NCBI RefSeq assembly: GCF_963853765.1
Contig: NC_088854.1
Coordinates: forward strand, 50,964,001 to 51,028,000
Direction of reading: 5' to 3'
DNA from: Magallana gigas
Lineage: Eukaryota
DNA: 64,000 bases
The position numbers and the translations under genes are program-made. Below, piece after piece: positions 25,937 to 39,799 of the stretch. Every line of letters starts with the position of its first letter. The first letter of the stretch is position 1. Below the pieces are notes generated by a model. It was given only the letters and a program-made list of their open reading frames with translations, ran no database searches and was not told where the DNA came from.

Positions 25937-28900
25937 ATGAAGTTTGCAGAACATCTTGGTGCCCACATCACACCAGAGTGGAGGAAGCAATACATACAGT
26001 ATGAGGTATGTCAGTAGGTAATGAAGTCAGTGGGAATATTAATACATGCAGATCTGTAAATGATGCGTTAACAGGGATGTATATATGTCCCTTGTGTTAA
26101 AAATAGTATTGGATATTAATATGTACAGCTTATTTATAGATGGGGACATAATTATAGATGTACGTAAGGAATGTGCCGACACATGCATTTATTCATACAA
26201 ATATAAGCTGGGTAGGGACGGCTTATGCTTTAATTTTAGTTCTCAAATTCATGCAATTAAATATTTGCAAACAGATATTGAATTAAACCAGGGACATATA
26301 TACTAAGATGGGTATATATGCCCCTGTTCAGATTTTTTAGAAAAAGCAAAAAAAAGATCAAATTTCTTGTAGTTAATGCTAAAAATTAATTGTTTATATT
26401 GTAGGCCATGAAAGAAATGCTTTATGAAGCTCAGGAGCAAGCACCCTCCCCAGAAGGTAAAACTAGCATTGAATATTCAATTATCTTAAAAGTTTATAAA
26501 GATGTGAACTGCTGTGTTGGATTTGATTGTTCGGCATAAAAAATATATTAACTTCAAATCACATGACCTACATCATTCTAAAGATTTTTTTCATCATCCA
26601 TAAACCTAGATTGTGATAATTTTATTTTCTGTAATGAAATGGTGCTCTACCACATAAATATCACTCATAAAAGATGTACTGTCCTATTATGTAGGTCATC
26701 CAAAATTGAATAAATAGCTGATCTTGACACAATCTGATTAAAATCAGATCCTTGATTTGCTCCTTTTATTGTCGGTACATGAGGAGATCCTCATATAGTG
26801 ACAATAAAAAAGAAAGAGGGGATTGAAGATCTGATGTGTACCCATAGTGACAATGAAAAAATAAGCAGTGGGTCGAGGATTGGATGTGTATAAGGACAAT
26901 AAAAGAGTAAGGAGCGGATCGAGGATCTTATTTTAATCAGATTGATCTTGAAACTGATTAAAACTAAACGCTGAGTATAAACTATTATAATCTATTTGAA
27001 AAATTTGATAAATTATTTTTATCATTATAGTGACAGATGAAAGCACCATTCACAGATTTCTTGCCAGATTTGATGAACGCTTTTTCCAGTTCTGTGACAA
27101 AGAATTATCCAAGATCAACACCTTTTTTTATGGTAAAAAGTTACTTTTCAAATTCCAAAAGGCTATCATTCATTAATTAAGATGACAGCATTTTGATGTT
27201 ATCAATGTTTTACTTTGAAAATGATTCTAGTGAGATACATGTGTGTCATAGAAATATACCAGTAGCTGAGCAAACATGATTCTTTTTTTTCATAACAGAA
27301 AAAATATCTGAGGCCAATAGGAAATATGCTAGTTTAAAAGCCGAATTGGAGGCATACAATGAACACTCAGCCAAACCGTCCACCCTGGGGGGACTTCGTC
27401 ATCGCAGACAGAATGGAGTGTACGCTCTGTTCAAGGACAAAGAGAAGCAGGGAATATCCCACGCCCGGAAACACAACGACCTGAAGCTGGCCTTCAGCGA
27501 GTTTTACCTCAGCCTCATTCTCCTCCAGAACTACCAGAACCTCAACTTCACAGGGTTCAGGAAAATCCTCAAAAAACATGACAAGGTATAGCGGCTTCAT
27601 CTATCTGTTTTTCATTAGGAGCATGACATAAGTGTTGAATATTTTGCTTAAGTTTGTTCAAGAAATATTTGTGCATCTTAGAGTAAATGTCCTTATATTG
27701 ATTGCCTTTTGTACCGGTAGACTTGTGTCAATATCTTACGTAACTTTTGGATCTATTATGTATAGTTTTCTATGCATCATATGAAATAGAATTTGTTATG
27801 CATAGTCATGAGAAATTGATTTTTCCCAAAGCTTAAAATAGCTCACTAATTTCAATATTGTAGCTTATGCAGACACAGCGGGGTGGTGAATGGCGTCAGG
27901 GGAATGTTGAGACAGCCCCTTTCTATACCAATAAAGAGGTGGATCATTTAATCAAGGAGGTGGAGGTGTGTATGTTTCACAGATGGACAAGAAGTTATTG
28001 AACTATAGAGCCTAAACAAGCATGCCGTATTGTAAATTATTTGAAATACATTCATCACATGCACCAAGCTGTTAAACATATCAGTACAGGTACATGTAAT
28101 TGCGTGTACAGTATTGGAACTTGTTATTTACTTAATAATTTTTTTAAATTAATAATAAACCAGTGGCCATCTTTTATATCAAAATGATGGTTTTATTTTT
28201 TAAACACGAAAACTACCATATTTCCTTTCTAATACTGTAAACGTGGTGATTTTGACGACGTGTAAATTTTGACTATATTGACAATTTTTCTCGTCAAAAT
28301 TTTCACTTATCAATCTTCAACTATGGTCAGAAGTGATCAAATCCAATAAAGCCCGCAGGGCGTTATGATAGATTTGATCACGCCCAACCCTATTTGATCA
28401 CCTCATACTATTCAAAGAATGATTCCTTATTTCTTATATTGATATGATTTCAGCCATAATGAGATTAGATAGTAAAATAGTCATTCATGAAATGTATTGG
28501 TCAATACATTACAAAATCAATTTGTAGTGTTATTGCATACAAGGACACTGGAGAATGTTTATATATAATATGATAAATAGATTTTAAGCATCTACTTTGC
28601 AGAGTGTTGTAACAACAGACTTAGAGGGAGGTAATAGGAGTAAGGCCATGAAGCGGCTGAGGGTGCCACCTTTAGGTGAAAAGGTAACTATTCATCATTA
28701 TTTGAAACATTGCATGGGCCCAGCTATGTGGCATCATTTCAGATCTCTTTCTTCCAGTTTTTGACAAAACATTACTATTGACACGTGCTTTTGTTTGTCG
28801 TCAGCTGTATCTTCCTCCTTAAGGTAATGTGACATTCAGTACCTATATTGTTTGTTACTTTGTCTGTAGATGGATAGACTTTGAAATATTCTTTATGCAT

Positions 28901-31900
28901 GATTTATATTTTAAAGACTTTGATAAGTAAATAAAATTAGAACAGCCTACTAACCTAGGATAAGCGGAAGACAGTTAATACATATAACTAATCGACGGGA
29001 ACATTAACACATTTACATCACACAAGAAAAACTTTTGTTTTCATGTATATGGATTAATGACAGTTGAATCTTTTTTGTAAGAAAGAGTATGAAAATTATG
29101 CTAAAAAATCAATTGAAGTAATATGTGTAAAAATGCCTCATTTCTGTTTCAGCAAAACCCATGGACAACATTTCGTGTTGGATTGTTTTCTGGTTGTTTT
29201 CTAGTGTTAACAGTCTGCATTATAATCACTGGTAAGTGTGTTATTATATTGGTAAGTTTGTATTGTAATAACTCGAAAGTTAGTAGTACGTGTCATCAAT
29301 TGATAAATCATTAAGGTAAAGTCAGGTAAACTTAAAATGCATTCAATGGTAAGTCTGCATTATAATACTGAAAAGTTAAGCCATTGTAATCACTATTAAT
29401 TCTGCTTGTAATCACTGTTAAGTCTGCATTGAAATTTTTGCCCATGGTAAGTCTGCTTTGTAATCACTGTTAAGTTTGGTAGTAATCAATGTTAAATCTG
29501 GTAGTAATCACTGTTAAGTTTGGTAGTGATCAATGTTAAATCTGGTAGTAATCACTGTTAAGTTTGGTAGTGATCAATGTTAAATCTGGTAGTAATCATT
29601 GTTAAGTTTGGTAGTGTTCAATGTTAAATCTGGTAGTTATAAATGTTAAGTCTGGTACTAATCACTGTAAAGTCTGGTAGTTATAAATGTTAAGTCTGGT
29701 ACTAATCACTGTAAAGTCTGGTAGCAATAACTGTTTAGTCTGATTGAAATAACTGTTAAGTCTAGTCAGGGACATATATACGTCCCTGGTCTAGTAGCTA
29801 TCACCATTGAATAGAGTATTAATCTTTTTTAAGTTTTCCAGTAAATTCTGTTATGCCACATAGTAATCACTATTTTTTCTGCTAGAAATTACTATTACAT
29901 GTATGTCTGTTTTGAAAGCACTGGTAAGTCTGCTAGTATTGTGTGTTACAGTACTGGTATTTCAGTTGTAGAAGTTAGCCCTGTTTTTTCTGTTAAAAGA
30001 GATTTTTGATTATTTATTAAATTGCTATGTACCGGTAATTAGATACAGGAACCTTTTATCAAAGTTTGATCTGTAGTTTGTTCCCTATTAACCAGCAAGT
30101 TACCTGTTAAGCTACAGAACGGGATGTTTAATTCTAGTAAAGCATGTACTTGTCTCATGTAAGACATCATAACTTTGCTCAAAAATAATCTCATGCAGAA
30201 AAAATTTGATGGTTAAAAAAAAATTCATAGTGACCAATGATAATATTATGCATCAATGTTTGATAAGCTTATACATTATCTAATTTTTATAATGACCAAT
30301 CAACAATAAACTTAAGATAGACAACCGCCACTTGTCTAATGTACAAGAATAAAATAAATGGACTATATCATCAGCAAATACACATTAGTTACTTCGAAAA
30401 TAAATCAAATGTGATAGTTTTATATTTATCTGGATGTATGTTATACCTTGACTTAGTTGATTCTTAGGCATTTTTGGGTGGTTTGGTCGTGCAATATTCA
30501 CCAGTTTGTTATTTATGTATGAATGATTACCATTCTCTGACTCTATTTGCTAAGAGTATGTGTGACTTTGCTTTAAACAACTGTTATTCAATGCTCTTTT
30601 TGTAGGATTTTCATTTAACTGTATATTCAATCATCATTAAGACATTTAACTTCCCTGTAAATGCTTTAAATAGTCGGACAAATTTTGTTAGGATGCATTT
30701 TTGAATTACATTTAACTTTCATCACATTCACGTTAAAGTGATATATATTGTTTTGTATACAGCCATATTTCCCCTTGATGACACCCTGAAGTGGGATACT
30801 GCAGTACAGATGTACAGAGGCCTATTCCTTGTTATTCTCATCATCTTTCTCCTTGGGATCAATACTTACGGCTGGAGGTCATCTGGGGTCAATCACGTTC
30901 TAATATTTGAGATTGACCCGAGACATCATCTATCTCACCAACAATTACTAGAGGTACAACATGTAGCAAAGTGAGGATAAAAAAAGATGATAAAAGGAAA
31001 ACTTATTTATAAAAGTTGAACATTGGTGAGAGAACACAAAGTTATTAAAATACACCGTCTAAGCAAAATATGATATTTGATGCATGATTTATAAGATGAT
31101 GTAAAATGATGCTTACATAATTGATACATATAGCTTATCATAATTATTTTTATCGGTATGCATGTTCAAGTATTTATTGGCCATTATCCCATGATGCATG
31201 AATTTGGCTTATTTATTAAGAATGTTCATGATACATTGCTTAACAGGCTCTATGTTTGACATATTATCGGGACTTGTATTGTTTTGACAGTTGGCCTCCT
31301 TTCTGGCTGTGCTCTGGGCCCTGAATGTGCTAGCCTTCCTGTACAGTAAGTTCATCCACATCCCGCCCTATGCCTGTCCCCTGGCTCTGGTAATATTCCT
31401 CATCCTGTACCTCATCAATCCATTCCCGATTCTCCACTACAGCTCAAGGATGTGGCTGCTCAAGATTCTGGTAAGTGGAAGCATTTCACAAGCTGCTAGG
31501 TACTACAAATGTAATCACAGCAAAGAAACACTATTGTACCATGCTACTTATGGAAGATTCCTTATTGTACGCGAGTACTCAAATTCTGTGATTAAATCGT
31601 TTTGCATAAAATCACGAGAACATAAAATTAGGAACACCTTATTTTTAGCATGTTTCATAAAAATTACACATGATGTAAAATCGAAAGCGAGATTTTAAAA
31701 TCTGCGAGATGTACTTCTCCTGAATTTGCGTGGATATTCCTTGCGTTTAATTAGGAATCTACAGTATATGTTCTCAGTTTCAGATGTGTTTCAGATTTGT
31801 AGCATTTACTTGCTCTCAAATGCTACATATTTTTTGGTCCCAATTATAAAAGTTCTTATCTCTACGTTTCCATTATTTCCACCAATATCGTTGTCGTTTT

Positions 31901-34270
31901 AGTTCCACATTCTGACGGCTCCATTCCACCACGTTGGATTCGCTGATTTCTGGCTGGCTGACCAGTTAAACAGTCTCTCCACAGTACTGCTTGACTTTGA
32001 GTACATGGTCTGTTTCTATGGTTTTGAGGTGAACTGGCTGCCAAATCCTGACAGTATGTAATATAAACCCCATACTTGAATGAAAGGGTGATGAATTTTT
32101 CTTGAATTAGGCAAATTAATTTATTTTTGCATATGTTAAAATCAATTTTTGTTAAATTCTAATACACAGAACATTTAAAATTGTTAAGTTATTATCAAAT
32201 CTTCTTTAATTTGTAATCCATATGCATTTTACGTAATGGAAAAAAGTTTTAGCAGTATAAATGCTGTTATGACATACTCTGTACTTATATAAAAATGTAA
32301 TACAATTTATGTAACACAAACTGTAAAGTTCTACTCTGATCTCTAAAATGAAGACAAGAGCAATCTAGGAGCGGACAATAATTTACAGTTATAAATACCA
32401 TTTATTTGCATGCTTTCTGTATTTTTCCAGCTTCTCATGTCTGTACGAAGAATGTGTATTCCGTCGTTCTGAGGGCCGTTATAAGTTGTCTGCCAGCGTG
32501 GTGGCGATTTGCTCAGTGTTTACGACGTTACCGAGATACCAAGATGGCTTTTCCCCATTTAGTGAACGCTGGAAAATATTCAACCACATTCTTTAATGTT
32601 TTGTTTTCAACACTTTACAAAGTAGAAACAGGTAAATACAAGGACAATACAAATACAGTTTCAAAAATTGATTATTACTATAAAATTAAAAATCAAGTAT
32701 TAAAAGCATAAAATAGTTTAATTGATATTTATTTACTCATTAAATTTACTCATCAAATTTTTTTTCAACAATGACAAACTTTAAACTTAAAATTGTAGTA
32801 AAGTTTAAAACTGTTAAATGTTAAGCGTGGAACTCCTTGCATCTATAATTCTATATTCAATAACTTTATGAATTAGAGCATTCTTGCTTTTACAGTTGTT
32901 AATGATAACCAAGGATCTATGCAAAACCATGCCTTCTTTTTCCTGTGGATTGCTTTTGCGATCATAAGTTCTTGTTACACTTTGACATGGGATCTTAAGA
33001 TGGATTGGGGATTGTTGGATTCCAATGCAGGAGAAAATAAATTTCTACGAGAGGAGGTTGTTTATGCGTACAAAGTAAGACATTTTTTCCTTTTAGCTAG
33101 TTGAAAGCATGTAATTAACACATTGTTTGTCATTGAATAGATATGATAAGATCTGCTATGTAAAATGGTCATCCTTTTCACAAATAATTTACATGTACAA
33201 GGTTTCACTTGGATTTACCGATACTCTGCTTGCAGGCTTACTACTATTTTGCGATAGTAGAAGACTCCATCCTTAGATTTGTGTGGACTCTCCATGTATC
33301 ATTAGGGGAAGGTATTTTGTTTCAACAGAGGGAAGCTCTCACAACTATATTAGCATCTTTTGAGGTATTCAGGTAAGTTTGTCTATACAAATTAAGAGAG
33401 ATTTGGGTTCTCATTTGTTTGGGTTGTAATTTTATTATGAATTGTACTTTTATTGAGTTGCAGAATTTTTACATTTCTTACTACATTCAAGTCAATCATT
33501 ATTGACATAATCTATACCTAATACAATGGGAACATAATCACTTAAAATATATTTACACATAACAGGAAGCAATTACATGTATCAAAAGTATTATATCACT
33601 CTGGTCTCATCCTCATATTTTAATTAACAGGAGATTTGTTTGGAACTTTTTCCGGTTGGAAAATGAGCATCTCAACAACTGTGGACAGTTCCGAGCAGTG
33701 AGGGATATTTCTATCGCTCCAATAGACTCAAACGACCAGAACCAGTTGGAGGAAATGATGGACGAAGATGATGGAGTATTTACATATCGTAGTGAAAAAC
33801 GTAAACTCTTGTCAAGGTAGGAATTTATATTCTGCTTATCCCTATTTATGTTTTCGTATGTCATAAAGCTTTGTTTTTTATTTCTTTTCACATAAAATTG
33901 TGGGTTTTTGGCTTTTTTAACCAGTTAACAAATACATGTACAAACACCAAAATTATCATAGTTAAGTTCTAGTAATTGCAGGCTGGTCTGCTTGTAAAAA
34001 CTGTTTATGGATGATTTCAAAATACTCAGATCTTTATACGCTGGCCGATTTTATTTCAGCAACCATAAGAGGAGGTATGACGTGTATGAATTGGAGCATG
34101 AAAAGCATGCTTTATTGGGGCATAACATATATGCCTTTCTTAGTTATTGTAACATGAACTTCCATCAAATGCTTGTTTCAAAGCATGCTACTTCGTTCAG
34201 TTGCCTTTTGTCAAGTAATACCCATGTACTGATTTAACTTATTCATAGCAATTCAGATGATGAGATATAG
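25937..34270 (+). CDS. XPR1: Xenotropic and polytropic retrovirus receptor 1 / SPX-EXS phosphate exporter (SLC53A1)
   Basis: Exons 25937-26005, 26405-26456, 27031-27132, 27299-27585, 27864-27965, 28603-28683, 29153-29231, 30763-30953, 31291-31470, 31903-32053, 32431-32631, 32896-33074, 33236-33372 and 33631-33816. Motifs: [68 protein letters not shown] and [27 protein letters not shown]. The terminal exons are uncertain; 34060-34074 plus 34249-34270 give ...SNHKRSNSDDEI* (677 aa). Confidence 0.95.
28805..28823 (+). other. Candidate 19-nt stop-containing micro-exon in XPR1 intron 6
   Basis: gtgcttttgtttgtcgtcag|CTGTATCTTCCTCCTTAAG|gtaatg, with an in-frame TAA at 28820-28822. Confidence 0.4.
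29345..29765 (+). repeat. Minisatellite of ~18-19-bp units (GTAATCACTGTTAAGTYTGGTA family)
   Basis: Directly visible tandem units in XPR1 intron 7; the first units resemble the exon 7 3' end and donor. Confidence 0.85.
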
Positions 34271-35242
34271 GGTTGACATCCGAAAAAAATAAATGTTGAA
34301 AAGTCGTCTCTGCAGTTGTCATGCTTTGTTTTGATGATAAGTGTCTTAATGGCTGTTGTCAATGTTGCTACAATTGTTTTACTATGCAGCCTGATTGAAA
34401 AGCTAGATATTGCTGCAAATGGAGATTGATTTATCCATATTAATGGAAATGAAATGTTCCATGCTTGAAAACATTGCTTGAATTCATGTTTAATCATGTT
34501 TAAATCACTGTGTTGTAACATATTTATATATATCCAACATGCTGAAAGATTTCAGCAATGTAAAATAAAAAAGGACGTGTTTTTTAATACAAATCACAAT
34601 ATGTTGAAGAAAAGTATATTCTATAACACTAGTATTCTATGGGTTAATGGTTTATTACTGCCATCCCACAAGCAGAAACTTACATAATATCTGATAATCA
34701 ATATCTTGTAGTTGGATAGTTACTGAAAAACCCAAAGCATGAAGGTAACTTTAGTACGATTGGGTTTGTCATTTCATGTGTGTTAGGATCCCCATTTGAG
34801 TAGAATACAGTTCTCACAATGACACTTAGATGTTATTGTTAGGTTTGATTTGTTTTTGTATTACACATTTCATTTTAGGAAAGTAGAAACAAATTGTTGT
34901 CTATTGATCATTTTTGAGGATACTAAAATTTGGAAGATTTTTTGGTATGATTTCAGGGAATATATAGTTTTACACATGTTTTATTTCAAGACATCCATGG
35001 ACTAACAACAGTATTTGACATACCGGGTACCTAGTATGTCTTTTTCTAATGCCAGTAAATAAATGTACTAACATATCACAACTATTTCACAGTGTGGTGA
35101 ACTAAGTATTGTGTGCGTGACAATCTAGCATGCATCTATAGCCATTGTCTAGCTGTTGTGCGTTTTCATGTTTTAATTATGTAGCCTGTACTAATGTCTA
35201 GCAATAACTGTTGTGATAAATTAAGTACTCATTGTTTTCCAG

Positions 35243-35303
35243 TAAAAGCTCGGCTACCTTGAGATCTCGCCGCTCTTCCGCCATCTTTCGTTTCATGGAC
35301 CCG
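35243..35303 (+). CDS. Candidate alternative XPR1 C-terminal exon (SKSSATLRSRRSSAIFRFMDP)
   Basis: GC-rich island with ttgttttccag| and CCG|gtaggc; phase matches the end of exon 33816. Confidence 0.5.
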
Positions 35304-36455
35304 GTAGGCTCTGCTCTTTTCTATCTGCATGTAAACACACTCTTGTGCTTTCAGTAAAGAAAGGGGGGGGGGCAGCTAGGAAGCAATTTTTCACAATTTC
35401 AATGATCAGAATTAGCTGATTTAAATTTCTAGATTCATTTGGCAAAATAAACTATTGAAAATATAATTTAATTAAGCCACATATGAATAATAATTCATGC
35501 ACTTCTTCACATCACAATATATTGAAAGCTCTGACTCTATTTTTCTCTTTTAATACCTTTATTAATTGACATCTCTAATATTAATTTAAGATGGTCATCA
35601 TTTTGTTTACATGTATTTTTTTTTAAATTGTAGCATCAACAGTTTTGATCTTCTGTGGTTTCATTAAAATTCTTTGACATCAATTGTAATGAATTGTTCA
35701 CAGTTTCAAGGATAAAATTCATAGATATATACACTATTAATACATTAATGTTATTAGAAATTGCACTTTAATTAATAAACATGCAATTTTGTGGATCAAT
35801 TGCAGTTCAGTGAATGTTGATGTAACCACAGTATTCTTTTTTCAACAGAAAAACAAATTGATTAATTTATAGAAGAAAAAATGTAATAATTTATAGAAGA
35901 AATCTTCTTGGAGACAATCAGTGAAAAAGTATATCAAAATCGATCGTAAATCTATGCCTGAAATGCTAAAAAAAAAAAACGACCTTGCAATCTATTTATG
36001 AAATTACTGTATGCATATTACATGCAGCATATATCACTGCTATTTTATGTTTGATATCAGAATACACAATGGAAATTACATCACAGTTTATAAACAGTCT
36101 TTTTTAAATCTTGTAATATATATCCAGTCAAAATAAAAACAGTGGCAGTCATAAATCTTTCAAGTCAAAGTAGTGCAAAAGATACATAAAGAGTGATAAA
36201 ATTGCACATTAATTTAAAGTTTTATTTATAAATTAATATGGATAATGTGGTACAGAATCTAGAATTTTAAAATCCTTATTTTTTATTTCCAGTATACCTA
36301 TTAATCAGCAATAGAATGCTCATATGATGCTTATTAATATCTCTAAGAGTTCGTTTTAAAGAAAAGAGGCACCATGCAATCAATGGCAAAATCCATTTAC
36401 CATAGAAATGAGGAAATTAAATCAATTGATTAAATCAAAATTGACTTTTTTTTAG

Positions 36456-36628
36456 GGGAAAGAAGGATAAACATGATGAGGAGAAAATCAAATGGAACTT
36501 TAAAGGTGTATAATAGAACTCGGAGGTTCATCAATACCCATCCGAGTGGACACCTGATGGAGACAATCCAACCAGACTCTGTCGTCAGTGATGTGTTCAG
36601 AGTGATCGGTTTCGTCTGTGATAGATAA
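36456..36628 (+). CDS. Candidate distal terminal exon of XPR1 with two usable acceptors
   Basis: The acceptor at 36456 (ttttttttag|) gives RGKKDKHDEEKIKWNFKGV* after exon 33816. The acceptor at 36506 gives VYNRTRRFINTHPSGHLMETIQPDSVVSDVFRVIGFVCDR* after exon 35303. Confidence 0.5.
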
Positions 36629-39132
36629 GTGTGCATTTTGTGTGTGGCAGGGTGTGTGGGTGTGTTGTGTGTAGGTGTGAGAGAACAATGCAATTTACAT
36701 GCATTCCTGTGACATGGAGACACCATTAGTTCTAGAAGGTGACAGCGAGGGTGAAGCCTAATCCACTTTGTGCCGATGTTCCATAATTCCACAAAAATGG
36801 TTGACCTCCGCCTGTACGCAATACTATGGTAATAAATGTAATGATTTGAAGTAAACACACATTGTGTTTATATATATGTGTATGATTTAACCGTTTGATG
36901 ATATATATGTTGTATTGGCGGATTACGATTGTAATTTTGTCTGGTTATTTGTTGTATCAAAAATCATGACAATGATGACCAATACATTTTAGAATCTTTC
37001 AGTTTTGTTTCAATATATTTGTTTGTATTCCACAAAGTTTTTATGTCTACATATTGATGAAACGAGCCAGAAGTACTATAGGGATTTGTTCTTTTTTATT
37101 ACAATCTCAATTTTGTGGGGTTCACGATCAGCTAGGACCTTGTCATCCCAAATATTTCTCAACCATTGTTCAAATGTTTTTGGTACATGTATTCTGTTTT
37201 CAGATAATCTTGATTGTTTGCAAGAGAATTCATATTTTGCAGGCTTTTGATTAAGATACGATATGTAGTTTTGAGCTCTTGTTGTAGGATTAATTACATT
37301 ACTTAACCCCAGATATCAAAATCTTTTGTGCAATATATAAAGCTTGAACTTGTGTGAGATTTACAGATGTAATTCATACTTACCTGGTTGTACATAACAT
37401 GATTTTTAAATCTTTAAAAAAGGACAATTGCAATCCAAATCAAATGTACTCATTGAGTGGAGCAGTATTTTCTGTAATTTAAGTGGAGTTTCTCCACCTT
37501 GAAACACCATGATGACACCAATGATAAGGTTTATATCACCCATATATGTTCTGGACCTGGTACACATTTACAGTTCTGAAACTGAATACATGTTTTGATT
37601 TTTTAGCTGTTTTTTTTGTGTGTGACAACTTGTGTGCTGATTTATTGTAAACCAATATCTTTAATTGTGATTGTGATATTCAATAGAATATTTTTTTTTA
37701 ATCTTTCCATTCCATTCTATTTTCTGATTCTTCATTTATGAAATTTTTTTTGTGTATTCTCTCCAACTATTTCTCTCCCACTCCACAAGATTTTATCAAT
37801 ATGTCCACTCTTCTAATTGCAATACTCCAACCAGTTGTTCAGTAACATATTTTATCAGGGATGCTTTCTTCTGCATATTTTGTTAAAGATATAATTAATA
37901 TGTCCAGTGTGTTGAAAATCATTATCAATTAATCATTCCATAGATACTCATTTCAAATTATAAAAATTGCTGACCAGTAAGTAATGTAACAGTTATTGTT
38001 TTTATTTAATTAGTAGTTAAAATTTCCTTTCATTAAATACCAAAGGGGTTAAAAATAACTAGCATAACTATCACTGCAGTATAACCTATTGAACGCTTTA
38101 TTGTCTCCATCATAAAGTTTGTGAAAAGGACATCTAATCTACCCAAAAATAAGTTTGGTACATTAAATAGGTTGTTAGAGTAATTAATATACAAATAAAT
38201 GTAATGTAGCAATAATTTGATAATATAGCAAATAATAATATAATACATGTAATATAGCAAATAAATGCATTCATTTGCTATATTGTTTTTTTTTTTTTAA
38301 TGTAAATGTACATGTAATTATTTATTGAAATAGATCCTTATTTACAGACAAGTAAAATTTGATCTTACTTTACAATAGTCGTTCAGACATTGGTGCTTGG
38401 AAATGGACAGATATACAGTAAAAAATTTGGCCTTATACTGAAACAATTAAGACAAATAATATTTATTGTTATGCATAGGTACTTGTACATTAATGTGTAG
38501 TCATATATGTGGTTCCCAGACAATGTGTTTGTTCAGCACACAGCTTTTTGGGATTCGTGTGTAATTAAATTTGTTTACTTATATGTAGGAATGTTTTATA
38601 TACCTGTATTATGTTTGTTTTTTGTTTATATAAATTATTTCTTTGTATTACATGTATTAATGTAATCAGAGTAACAGGATTATTGTTACAGTATTTATAT
38701 ATCTTGTACAAGTTCAGGTATAATGAAAGGCTACTGTGATATTTCACTGCTAGCAGAGTAACCATTACCGTACATAATTCAGTGTACCATTTCATGGCTG
38801 TTTACACTGCATCAAGTATGTATAGTTGTATATCTGGCCTACCGTGTATTTCAGATCAGTGTTAATTTCTGGGCTTTGTTGTTGTTTTAAAATAAGTTAG
38901 CTGCTAGATCCCATTGTGTTTTGATGTAGCCAGATATTCTGAAATGATTGCAGAGTTTAAATTATTAACTTTGCTTTGTCTTGCATATTATTTGTTCCTA
39001 TATGGTATTTCCAGTAAACATATCAGTAGTCATTTCATGTTTGTTTCACAAGAGATAAAGCTAGACTCTTAATGTTGCACAATACTTAATGTTAGTAAAT
39101 TACAATTGGCTTTTCTTGGTGCAAAATGTTTT

Positions 39133-39286
39133 NNNNNNNNNNNNNNNNNNNNNNNNNNNNNNNNNNNNNNNNNNNNNNNNNNNNNNNNNNNNNNNNNNNN
39201 NNNNNNNNNNNNNNNNNNNNNNNNNNNNNNNNNNNNNNNNNNNNNNNNNNNNNNNNNNNNNNNNNNNNNNNNNNNNNNNNNNNNNN
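39133..39286. other. Assembly gap (154 N)
   Basis: Run of N in the sequence. Confidence 1.
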
Positions 39287-39799
39287 ACTTTAATATGCAT
39301 AATAATGAAAGTGATGTCAGGAAATGGCACGAGTGCTTAATATCTGACCCTAGTCAACTTGCCAGTTGCATGTGTACTGTTATTCGGATTTTAATATGTA
39401 GTTTGCAATATAAATATTCTTCATCGTTCTGCCAAAATGTGTTTTAACTGCATTTAATAGATAAATTTGTTTTTTAATGTTGATATTTTGGTGTGCTTTT
39501 AGTTAATTAACATTAAGTGTGTCATAATAACTCAATAAAGATATCAACTGACTTCTGTTTCTTCATGGGATTTTTTGTACCAAATGCAAAATATGTAACA
39601 CAATGCCATATGCTGAATTTGTGTTGCCTAATAAAACCAAGAATTTATTTTTTGGTTGGACAAAATTAAAAAGATGTGCAATATGTTCTTTATATAAAGA
39701 ATTAATTTGTCTTTGTGAGAGCAAAATATTGACATACATGCATACTAGAAATGTTTCAGTATAACTACACATTTAATATATTACACTGGATAAATAAGC

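Noticed and set aside
36430-36858. 142-aa minus-strand ORF
   Set aside because: It is antisense to the candidate XPR1 terminal exon and GT-rich 3' UTR, and has no recognisable domain.
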